In this document: positions 50,011 to 59,094 of the stretch, one piece after another
How positions within the stretch are numbered: the first letter of the stretch is position 1
Layout of the letters: each line of letters starts with the position of its first letter
From: an uncultured archaeon
GTDB lineage: Archaea; Asgardarchaeota; Lokiarchaeia; Sigyniarchaeales; SOKP01
Assembly: GCA_964525635.1 (NCBI GenBank)
Contig: CAZGJX010000002.1
Location: 6,224 to 70,223, forward strand
Direction: 5' to 3'
Length of the DNA: 64,000 nucleotides
Notes under the pieces: generated by a model
Told to the model about the DNA's origin: nothing
What the model saw: only the letters and a program-made list of their open reading frames with translations
The model's database searches: none
Program-made: the position numbers and the translations under genes

Positions 50011-51102
50011 ATGATTTTTATGGTAAGTGAAAAAGAGAAAAATATCACAATTTTAATGGAAAATTTGGTTAACTCTGGATATGATGTAGAATTTGTATTT
50101 CTCTATAATAGACAAGGGTTACTCATAGCTAAATATGAAAAAACTGAAACAGACGATAACCATAAAAATAAAGAAGATATGGAGGAAGTTTATGGAGCAA
50201 TATCTACTTTAGTAGATAATCTTTTTAATAAAATTTCAATGGAATATAAAAGTGATAATTTTGGAACAGGTTCTTTCGACACACCAGATCATCGTATAAT
50301 CTTTCTTGAAGCGGGTCCCGAAGCCGTTATGGTCTGTGTATGCAATTATCAAGCAGATCTAAATAGAGTATTTCCAATAGCATATTTAATTGTTGAAAAA
50401 ATTGCTCAATTGATTGAAGGAAGTTTTGATTTTAAAGTTAATTCCTTAGAGATTCCCCAATTAAGTATTCATAGAGACTTTGATTTATATTTAGATAAGC
50501 ATAAAACTGAAAATACTAAACCTTTACTTGATAATATATATTTAAAACACCGAATTGAAAGGGAAAAAAAAACAGATATTAATTTTAAATTAATTATATT
50601 AGGTTCAGCTTCGGTTGGGAAAACTACTTTAGTAAATAGTTTTTTAAAAAAAGAGCAGCTGTTGGATTATCGTCCAACAATAGGAATGAGTATTTCAATG
50701 CAAAAATATTATATACAAGGTTTTAAAGATGATATAATTACATTTTTAATATATGATTATGCTGGACAAGAGTTTTTCAAACGCGTTAGACATGAATATT
50801 ATAATGGAGCGAATTGTGTTTTTGTGGTGTATGATATTACCAGAAGAGAAACCTTTGATGAAAGTATCGATTTTTGGTTTAAGGATGCTAAGGAACAATT
50901 AGGTGATATACCCTTTGTAATTATTGGAAATAAGATGGATTTGTTGGATCAGCGTCAAATATCAATAGAAGAAGGAAAAAAAAAGGCAGAAGAATTAAGG
51001 AGTTTTTTTATAGAGACTTCAGCATTATATAATAAAAATGTAGTAGATACCTTCAAATTGATAGGAATAGGTCATTTCTTTAGAATTATTGATATTCTTT
51101 AA
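50011..51102 (+). CDS. Roadblock/LC7 domain fused to a Rab/Ras-like small GTPase
   Basis: aa 12-137 are Roadblock (VEFVFLYNRQGLLIAKY...IIFLEAGPEAVMVCVC). aa 191-355 are the GTPase: G1 GSASVGKT, switch I YRPTIG, G3 DYAGQE, G4 GNKMD, G5 ETSAL. There is no C-terminal Cys. Confidence 0.88.
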   Translation: MIFMVSEKEKNITILMENLVNSGYDVEFVFLYNRQGLLIAKYEKTETDDNHKNKEDMEEVYGAISTLVDNLFNKISMEYKSDNFGTGSFDTPDHRIIFLEAGPEAVMVCVCNYQADLNRVFPIAYLIVEKIAQLIEGSFDFKVNSLEIPQLSIHRDFDLYLDKHKTENTKPLLDNIYLKHRIEREKKTDINFKLIILGSASVGKTTLVNSFLKKEQLLDYRPTIGMSISMQKYYIQGFKDDIITFLIYDYAGQEFFKRVRHEYYNGANCVFVVYDITRRETFDESIDFWFKDAKEQLGDIPFVIIGNKMDLLDQRQISIEEGKKKAEELRSFFIETSALYNKNVVDTFKLIGIGHFFRIIDIL

Positions 51103-51124
51103 AATAAAATAGAATAAAACCAAA

Positions 51125-52144
51125 TCAAATTTGAAAAAATACTATTTTTATTGTTGCATAAAATGCATAAAAACTTATTAAAAGGATAGATTCCCGTGTT
51201 TTAAGAGACTTCTTCGTCCATAGAAAGTAATATGCGATTGATATTCCTATAAAAAGCATTGGTATGTCATAAAATAATAAAATCTTTACGACCTCGAATT
51301 CAGCAATAATAGCACCTGCACCTGTTGCGAAAAGAATATCACAAATGTTGGAACCTAAAATATCCCCTATAGCAATACCATATGAACCTCTTCGCATTGC
51401 AGTTAAATCAACGACAAGTTCAGGTACACTTGTTCCCAAACCAACAATTAAAATACCAATAACATTTTCAGGTACATTTAATTCTTCAGCTAAATTGTGT
51501 CCTGAAAGTATAGATATTTCAGCACCAACTAATAAGAATAATAAACCAATTAGAAAATATAATATATCTTTCCTAATTGAAGGTATTCTTAAGGAACCTT
51601 TCTTAACCTCTAGCTGGAGTGGATCTAATCCCTCTCTCTCAACTTCCTCTATTTTTGGTTCTGCTTTTCTTAATTTTTTCTCACTTATAATTATTAAAAT
51701 TAAATATATGATATATATAATAATCATTGTTAAAGCTTCGATACGAGCTATTAATCCATCAATTGCGAATAGCAAAAAAATAAAAAGAGATAAGAATAAC
51801 ATAGGTCCTTCTCTTCGTAATTCCCATTTGCTAATAAATATTGTCTGTGTTAATCCTAAGAGTCCTAATATAAACGTAATCTGAGTAAAAAATGAACCAA
51901 TTTTATTTCCAATAACTATTCCATCTACAGAGGGATCAATTCCTAAGAGTTTATCAAATCCCCCCATAATTGAGACTGTTATTTCTGGTAAGCTAGTTCC
52001 AATAGCTAAAATCGTCAAACCTACCATTAGGTAACTTATACCAAACCGTTTCGCGATACCTTCTAATCCAATTATGATATATTTAGCCCCAAAATATAAT
52101 GCAACAAATCCTGAAAGCATAAATAAAATTGGATATAACATCAT
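51125..52144 (-). CDS. Ca2+/Na+ antiporter (CaCA family, YrbG/NCX_Mj-like)
   Basis: Alpha-repeat motifs GTSLPEITVS and GLGTSVPELVVD in a 10-TM-type protein. Confidence 0.85.
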   Translation of the reverse strand: MMLYPILFMLSGFVALYFGAKYIIIGLEGIAKRFGISYLMVGLTILAIGTSLPEITVSIMGGFDKLLGIDPSVDGIVIGNKIGSFFTQITFILGLLGLTQTIFISKWELRREGPMLFLSLFIFLLFAIDGLIARIEALTMIIIYIIYLILIIISEKKLRKAEPKIEEVEREGLDPLQLEVKKGSLRIPSIRKDILYFLIGLLFLLVGAEISILSGHNLAEELNVPENVIGILIVGLGTSVPELVVDLTAMRRGSYGIAIGDILGSNICDILFATGAGAIIAEFEVVKILLFYDIPMLFIGISIAYYFLWTKKSLKTRESILLISFYAFYATIKIVFFQI

Positions 52145-52589
52145 TTATTTTAAAACACCTTGAAAATAGTTTTTATAAATCGATTTTTATTAATTTTTAT
52201 ATAAAATCTAAGTATCTCTATATTAGAACCAACACTAAATTAATTACAACTGAATTTCAAATAATTGAGTAATCTTCAAAGAAATTACAAATTAGAAATG
52301 TATACTATTTTATTCTAATAAGACTTCTTCTATCATAAAACAATATTATCGAAATTAGGATATCGTATAAACTGTCCTAGATTATAAATATCAATGAAAT
52401 TTTTCTAACTATTTTATTGTACTTTTAACTCTTGAATGGAATTGAACAAATATATTAAAAACACTTATATATATAAGTCTATCTATGATAAAGAAAAATA
52501 AAGAGGAGTATATTGCAAATTAATTGATATTTTTAAAAAACCTATTATTAAATAATTAAAAAAAAAGAAATAAAAAAGAGAGTTAAGAT

Positions 52590-55484
52590 TTACCCTTTTC
52601 TATGGAATGTACTTAAACTATTTTGAAATTTCTCGCTTTTATGCATTTTTCGCCGAGCAAGGAACTTTCTTATTTCTTCAGCAGGTAGTATCCATATTGA
52701 AGAACCGAAAAATACAGGTGTCCAGTAAAACCATCTATCAAGAGGAAGGGCATGAAAAGCCGTATTTAAACCAGGTATGAATAATACCATCAAATGTAGT
52801 GAAAATGAAAGCCCAGTTGCCCAAAATAAATGTTTATTTCGAAACTCCCAGAATGGTCGATAACTCGATGTGCAAGCAAAGACAAAGAATAATTCAAAAA
52901 ATACTACACTAGTAAAAACAATTGTTTGAACTATACCAATTTGAAAATCCTCAGCACTTATACCCATACTTGGTATACCATAGACCATACGCGAATCATA
53001 GAAAGTTGAAGTTGGATCTGTCCACATTGGAACTAAGACGGACCAAGAGACCGTATATAACATAACATCAAGGATAGCTGCAATAGCGGCTGCATATATA
53101 ATCATTTTCTTTATATCATGAATCATATTGAAGCCTTTCCGCGGTTTGAACTTCATAACATCTGGATCAGTGGGAGTTAGGCCTAAAACCATCGCGGGAA
53201 TGCCGTCGGTAGCTATATTCAACCAAAGGATTTGAATAGGTTGAAGTGGTTGGGCTAGGAATATATTAGTAGCAACCTTCATTAAAATAAATGCTACTAA
53301 TACCATTACAATCTCATCGAAATTAGCACTGAGCATATATCTAAAAAAACATTTTGTTGTTTCGAAGATTCCTCTCCCTTCTTCAATAGCGTTAACAATA
53401 GTAGAATAATCATCGTCTAATAGAATCATATCAGAAGCTTCTTGTGTTACTTCTGTCCCCTTAATCCCCATAGCGACACCTACATTTGCACCCTTTACTG
53501 CAGGAGCATCATTTACACCATCCCCTGTCATAGATACAATATATTCAAGAGATTTCAATGCCTTGAGGATTCTAAGTTTATGTTCTGATGTGACTCTAGC
53601 AAAAACATCAACCTCTTCTACTCTTTTTATAAGCTCGTCTTCAGGCATTTCTTCCATTTCAGCACCAGTAACAGCATCTTCTCTGTCTGTTAAGCCAATT
53701 TCTTTTGCTATAGCGATAGCAGTAATCATATGATCTCCAGTAATCATTATTGTTCGAATACCTGCCATTCTTGCTTCTTCAATAGAATCTTTTACTTCAT
53801 CCCGGGCAGGATCAATTATCCCTGCTAATCCAAGGTATATATAATCTTTTTCAATATCTTCCTTCTGATAATTTTCATTTAAAGGTTTATATGCTAATCC
53901 TAAAACTCTCAATGCATTAGAAGCATATTCATTATTTTTTGATAAATAAGTATCTTCAACCTCTGAAAATGGTTTAATTTCACCATTATATAACCCTTTC
54001 CCTGCATTATGCATTAAAACATCTGGAGCTCCTTTAATTAAAGAATAAAATTCTCCATTCATTCTAATAACAACAGCCATCATTTTACGATCTGAACTAA
54101 AGGGAATTTCATCAATTTTTTCTGCTTTTACGTTAAGATGCATTTTTTTTGCTAAGACTTTTAAAGATATTTCTGTTGGATCACCGATTACATCCGTTTC
54201 TATAGGATTGTTATCTTTAGGACTAACAATTGAATTATTACATAATAAACATATTTCTAGATATTTTCTTAAATAAACATCATCATCTAGTTTAACAGGA
54301 TTACCTGAACTATTGATTATTTTTCCATTCAATGTATATCCCACTCCTTCAACATCAAATTCTTTTCCCCCAAGATATACCTTCTTAACTGTCATTTCAT
54401 TTTTTGTTAAAGTTCCCGTTTTATCAGAGCAAATAATATTAACCCTTCCCAACGTCTCTACAGCTGTTAGCGTTTTCACTAAAGCATGTCTTTCTGCCAT
54501 TTTACGCATACCAATACTCATAACTACAGTTATTACAACCACAAGACCTTCTGGTACAGCAGATACTGCAAGACTTATTGCTATAGCTAAAGCTTCAACA
54601 ATATTATTAATCTCTTCATCTCCAAATTTTATACCTTCAGTGGCTATAATTATAATTAATTCAAAAAGGAAGACAAATAAACAAATAATCATTATGATTA
54701 TACCAAGTTGTTTTCCAAAACGATCTACTTCTTGTTGGAAAGGACTTTTTTCTGGTTCTTCTTCTTGAATTTTTTCAGCAATTTTTCCTACTTCTGTTTT
54801 CATTCCAGTTCTTACAACTATAGCTTCACCATTTCCACGAGTGATAATTGTATTACTATATACCATATTTTTCCTATCAGCCAACATTGTCTTCTCTTTA
54901 TATAAATTTAAATCTTTCTCAACTGGTTGAGATTCTCCAGTAAGAATGGCTTCATCAATATATAAAGAATATGCTTTATTTAAACGAGCATCAGCAGGTA
55001 TTTTATCTCCCTCATCAAGTTTTATTATATCTCCTGGAACTACTTCTCTGACATCAATTTCTCTTACTTTTCCCCCACGCTTAACCTTTGCATTGTGCGG
55101 TGCCATTTTCTTTAGACTTTCTACCGCTTTTTCTGCTTTAAATTCTTGATAAAATCCTAAAATAGCATTTAATATTAGAATAATCAATATTACTAAAGCA
55201 TCCATGAATTCAGTAGGATCTCTTCCTCTAGATAATTCATAAATACCTACTACAACTGAAACACCAATTGCAAAAAATAGAAGATATACAAGAAAATCCT
55301 TGAATTGTCCAATAAAAATTTGTAATGCAGAAACCTTCCTTGTTTGGATTAATTCATTAAAACCATATTTTTCAATGCGTACTCCTACTTCTTCTTCTGA
55401 AAGTCCTGTATCAAGGCTTGTATCTATTTCTTTCGCTACATCATTTACTTCTAATACGTGAGCACTTAATTCTTTAGATTCCAT
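52590..55484 (-). CDS. P-type ATPase, P2 (Ca2+-transporting, SERCA/PMCA-like)
   Basis: TGES, M4 VPEGL, ICSDKTGTLT, MITGDH, TGDGVNDAPA; 964 aa. Confidence 0.92.
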   Translation of the reverse strand: MESKELSAHVLEVNDVAKEIDTSLDTGLSEEEVGVRIEKYGFNELIQTRKVSALQIFIGQFKDFLVYLLFFAIGVSVVVGIYELSRGRDPTEFMDALVILIILILNAILGFYQEFKAEKAVESLKKMAPHNAKVKRGGKVREIDVREVVPGDIIKLDEGDKIPADARLNKAYSLYIDEAILTGESQPVEKDLNLYKEKTMLADRKNMVYSNTIITRGNGEAIVVRTGMKTEVGKIAEKIQEEEPEKSPFQQEVDRFGKQLGIIIMIICLFVFLFELIIIIATEGIKFGDEEINNIVEALAIAISLAVSAVPEGLVVVITVVMSIGMRKMAERHALVKTLTAVETLGRVNIICSDKTGTLTKNEMTVKKVYLGGKEFDVEGVGYTLNGKIINSSGNPVKLDDDVYLRKYLEICLLCNNSIVSPKDNNPIETDVIGDPTEISLKVLAKKMHLNVKAEKIDEIPFSSDRKMMAVVIRMNGEFYSLIKGAPDVLMHNAGKGLYNGEIKPFSEVEDTYLSKNNEYASNALRVLGLAYKPLNENYQKEDIEKDYIYLGLAGIIDPARDEVKDSIEEARMAGIRTIMITGDHMITAIAIAKEIGLTDREDAVTGAEMEEMPEDELIKRVEEVDVFARVTSEHKLRILKALKSLEYIVSMTGDGVNDAPAVKGANVGVAMGIKGTEVTQEASDMILLDDDYSTIVNAIEEGRGIFETTKCFFRYMLSANFDEIVMVLVAFILMKVATNIFLAQPLQPIQILWLNIATDGIPAMVLGLTPTDPDVMKFKPRKGFNMIHDIKKMIIYAAAIAAILDVMLYTVSWSVLVPMWTDPTSTFYDSRMVYGIPSMGISAEDFQIGIVQTIVFTSVVFFELFFVFACTSSYRPFWEFRNKHLFWATGLSFSLHLMVLFIPGLNTAFHALPLDRWFYWTPVFFGSSIWILPAEEIRKFLARRKMHKSEKFQNSLSTFHRKG

Positions 55485-55646
55485 TTTTAATTCATTATTT
55501 AGATTTTATAATAAATTCTTTTTATTTTTTTAAATAAAAAATTTAAAATTAATTAGATAAATACAATAAATTTTATTTAAATATCTATTATAAGTTAAAA
55601 AAATGTTCTAATAAAGAATAGGTTCTAAAAATAATAATTTAAGACA

Positions 55647-57566
55647 TTAAAATTGTTTATTTTTTATATAGGGTAATTTTCCACCAGCTTTTAAAATATT
55701 AATTTGTCTTTGACTTAAATTATGAGCTAAAGGAATGAAAATATTTTTACTCGTATTTTTAAGGTTAAGATTTTTAAAAGTAAAATCATCTAATTCAATT
55801 TCGACGTAATCCTCTTGGTCGATTTGGTTATAGTCTTTTGGATCTTTAAAAATAAGAGGAACAATCCCAAAGTTTACTAGGTTATCTAAGTGAATTCGAG
55901 CAAAAGATTTGCTGATTATCGCTTTAACTCCCAAATATTTTGGGGCTATTGCAGCATGTTCTCTACTTGAACCTTCTCCATAATTATCTCCTCCTATAAT
56001 AAATCCTCCTCCCTTTTCTAATGCTCTTTCTGAGAAATTAGAATCAATTAAATGGAATACATATTTACTTATTGCTGGAATATTACTTCTTAAAGGAAGG
56101 ATCTCTGCTCCTGCAGGTATAATATGATCAGTTGTGATATTATCACCTACTTTAAGTAGAATATGACCATTTAATATATTATTAAGTGGTAAAAATGAGG
56201 GTAAAGGTTTAATATTTGGACCTCGTATGATCTCTATATCATTATTGGCCTCTGACGGAGGAATTATCATATTATCATTAATAATAAACTTTTCTGGCAT
56301 TTTGATTTCAAAATTTTCTTCAAATTTTCGTGGATCAGTTAATTTACCATAAATAGCAGATACTGCTGCTGTTTCTGGGCTAACAAGGTATACTTCTGCA
56401 TTTTTAGTACCAGATCGTCCTAAAAAATTCCTATTAAAAGTACGAAGAGAGATAGCATTTGTAGATGGTGCTTGTCCCATTCCAATACATGGTCCACATG
56501 CATTTTCAAGAATTCTTGCACCTGCTTTTATTAAAAACGACATTTCTTTTGTTTCTATTAAATGATCAATAACTTGCCTTGATCCTGGAGAAATTGTTAA
56601 ACTCACATTATTATCTATTTTTTTTCCTCTTAAAATATTAGCTACTATCTTAAGGTCTCTCAGGCTTGAGTTTGTACAACTTCCTATACATATTTGATCA
56701 ATAGAAAGACCTTTAATTTCCTTTACTTTTTTAATATTACCCGGACTATGAGGAATTGCAGCTAGAGGTTCTAGATTATTTAGATTTATCTCTATTTTTT
56801 CGTCATATATAGCATCTGAATCGGGTTCTAATTTTTTCCAATCATCCCCTCTTCTTTGAGCAATTAAAAATTGTTTTGTAATATTATCTGAAGGAAAGAT
56901 TGAACTGGTTGCTCCTGTCTCTGTTCCCATATTTGTAATCGTCCCTCTCTCGGGAACTGACAAACTCTTAATGCCTGGACCTGTATATTCCAATATTTTA
57001 TTATTAGCCCCCTTAACTCCAATTTGCCTTAAAACATCTAGTATGATGTCCTTTGCGGAAACAAATTTTGGAAGTGCTCCAATAAGATGTATATTCACAA
57101 TCTCGGGCATTTTTAAAAAAAAAGGTTCCCCCGCCATTGCACTAGCAACATCTAATCCCCCTGCTCCAATTGCTAACATTCCCATACCCCCTCCAGTTGG
57201 TGTATGACTATCACTACCCAGCAGTGTTTTCATAGGCGCTGCAAAACGTTCTAAATGTAACTGATGGCTTATTCCATTTCCCGGACGGGAAAAATATAAA
57301 CCATATTTTGCTGCAATACTTTGGAGATAGCAATGATCATCCATATTTCTAAAATCTGTTTGAAGAGTATTATGATCAACATAACTTATAGATAACTCCG
57401 TTTTGACTGAGGGTACTTCCATAGCTTCAAACTCTAAATATGCCAAAGTACCTGTAGCATCTTGAGTAAGTGTTTGGTCTATTTTAATTCCAATGTTTGA
57501 TCCTTTTATTAAATCTCCTTCTATAAGATGATCCTTCAATACTTTTTCTGATATAGTATAAACCAT
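55647..57566 (-). CDS. aconitate hydratase (about 640-aa fused large + swivel domain type)
   Basis: IDQTLTQDATG, GSDSHT, IGSCTNSS, CGPCIGMGQAP (Fe-S ligands), GGDNYGEGSSREHAA. Confidence 0.88.
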   Translation of the reverse strand: MVYTISEKVLKDHLIEGDLIKGSNIGIKIDQTLTQDATGTLAYLEFEAMEVPSVKTELSISYVDHNTLQTDFRNMDDHCYLQSIAAKYGLYFSRPGNGISHQLHLERFAAPMKTLLGSDSHTPTGGGMGMLAIGAGGLDVASAMAGEPFFLKMPEIVNIHLIGALPKFVSAKDIILDVLRQIGVKGANNKILEYTGPGIKSLSVPERGTITNMGTETGATSSIFPSDNITKQFLIAQRRGDDWKKLEPDSDAIYDEKIEINLNNLEPLAAIPHSPGNIKKVKEIKGLSIDQICIGSCTNSSLRDLKIVANILRGKKIDNNVSLTISPGSRQVIDHLIETKEMSFLIKAGARILENACGPCIGMGQAPSTNAISLRTFNRNFLGRSGTKNAEVYLVSPETAAVSAIYGKLTDPRKFEENFEIKMPEKFIINDNMIIPPSEANNDIEIIRGPNIKPLPSFLPLNNILNGHILLKVGDNITTDHIIPAGAEILPLRSNIPAISKYVFHLIDSNFSERALEKGGGFIIGGDNYGEGSSREHAAIAPKYLGVKAIISKSFARIHLDNLVNFGIVPLIFKDPKDYNQIDQEDYVEIELDDFTFKNLNLKNTSKNIFIPLAHNLSQRQINILKAGGKLPYIKNKQF

Positions 57567-57663
57567 AGTTTGATGAATTCCTTTAATTATTTAAATAATA
57601 AGTTTTCCTAATTAGAAAAAGTATCAAAAATATAAAAAATTATAAGTAAAAATAGTCTTTTAT

Positions 57664-58209
57664 TTGTTAATTGTAATTTATCTAATCTTTTTTAAAAAAA
57701 AACAAATAGTATTGAAGAATATGAGACCAGCACGAGTGTTTAGATGGATAGTAAGAATTTTTATACTTATCCTTACCGCCTCTATGTCGCTTGTATCTAT
57801 TTTAGGAGGAATGTCTGCTGTAAATATCTTGGGAGATTCTAATAATATACAAGTACCCTATGGTTCTGTTTCTTTTTATCATACTGGCCCTCTTGCGGGA
57901 TGGAATTTAACTGTTCCATTTCTTATTAATAATACTGGTTATTTTGATCTGACTAGCTTTGAAATTGGAATCAGTATAGAAATGAGTTATAATTTGTCTC
58001 TAAACGAGATAATATTTAATGGTAATCAAAATTTTGATGATATTCCAAACGGAGAAATTCTAGTAGATTTTTTTTTTATAACAGGTTTTACTAAATCTTA
58101 TCCTCTAACAGGCCCTCCTTCATTTAATTGTGATATAACAGCATCAGGTTCTTATTCACTAAATCTTATTTCATTTGAAATTCATATACTAAATTATAAT
58201 TTAATTTAA
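57664..58209 (+). CDS. hypothetical membrane-anchored protein with beta-rich ectodomain
   Basis: The likely start is ATG 57721 (MRPARVFRWIVRIFILILTA...). One TM helix, then a beta-strand-like sequence. Confidence 0.45.
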   Translation: MLIVIYLIFFKKKQIVLKNMRPARVFRWIVRIFILILTASMSLVSILGGMSAVNILGDSNNIQVPYGSVSFYHTGPLAGWNLTVPFLINNTGYFDLTSFEIGISIEMSYNLSLNEIIFNGNQNFDDIPNGEILVDFFFITGFTKSYPLTGPPSFNCDITASGSYSLNLISFEIHILNYNLI

Positions 58210-58224
58210 AGAGGTATTTTCAAA

Positions 58225-58716
58225 ATGGGCGCTCCTAAAAACATGATTAAAGGCTTTATATTTATGGGAATTTATATTACAATTACAATTGTTATACCAT
58301 ATCTTACATTTACTTATATTAAAGGTTTAGAAATAGAAGGGATACCTATAATTCTTTCTCAGGAAGATTATGATACAATAATTTATTGGGTAACAGCTTT
58401 CGGTTTAGTAATTAGTGGTTGTGCGTTTTTCACTTTTTCATCTCCAAAACAATCCATCAGGAAAGGTTCTTTTGCATTAATACAAGTTATTTTAAATTGT
58501 TTATATCTCTGGAGTTATAAATTTTCAGGCGCAACTGATATACAAATAGATATTTCAGGGGGTGGTATTAATGGTTATGTGATCTTGGGAATACAACAAT
58601 TTATATTAGTCTTTATGGGTATTTACTTTTTAACAATAACTATCAAAATATATGATCTTGTTGATTTCACTGTAAATAGAGAGAAAATAAGAAAGAAGAG
58701 GTGGGGAATAGTATGA
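58225..58716 (+). CDS. hypothetical 4-TM membrane protein
   Basis: Hydrophobic segments only; same-strand neighbour of the two flanking ORFs. Confidence 0.45.
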   Translation: MGAPKNMIKGFIFMGIYITITIVIPYLTFTYIKGLEIEGIPIILSQEDYDTIIYWVTAFGLVISGCAFFTFSSPKQSIRKGSFALIQVILNCLYLWSYKFSGATDIQIDISGGGINGYVILGIQQFILVFMGIYFLTITIKIYDLVDFTVNREKIRKKRWGIV

Positions 58717-58997
58717 TATACGCAGATTTTTTTCAAGTTTTAGCTGATATAGTTGGGGCAATTTTAGGATTTTTACAAAATATTGTAAGTCCTATAGGTG
58801 AATTTATGGTTATGTGGATCAATTATGTATTAGTAATCTTTCCAGAAAATAATCTAATCCCCTATATTGTTCTGTGTATTATAATTGTTATCTCAGCGAT
58901 TATTGTAAATAGTTATTGGTCAGGGGATAAACAACCTAAACATTTAAAAGAAAAAGGAATAAGTTTTGCTTCTACAGGTGAAGATAATCCCTTATAA
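58701..58997 (+). CDS. hypothetical small membrane protein
   Basis: Two hydrophobic segments. It overlaps the previous ORF by 16 nt. Confidence 0.4.
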   Translation: MGNSMIYADFFQVLADIVGAILGFLQNIVSPIGEFMVMWINYVLVIFPENNLIPYIVLCIIIVISAIIVNSYWSGDKQPKHLKEKGISFASTGEDNPL

Positions 58998-59094
58998 TTT
59001 AAAAACTATATAATATTTCATAGAAAATTTATTTTTTAATTTAATTTTTCTTTTTTCTTTAATATAAAGTTGATAATACATTAGTTTGAAATTA

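Noticed and set aside
51345-51884. 179-aa plus-strand ORF
   Set aside because: It is antisense to the CaCA exchanger, with S/I/P-rich low complexity and no motif.
54313-55149. Three plus-strand ORFs (151, 65, 67 aa)
   Set aside because: All three are antisense to the P-type ATPase, whose motifs are unambiguous.
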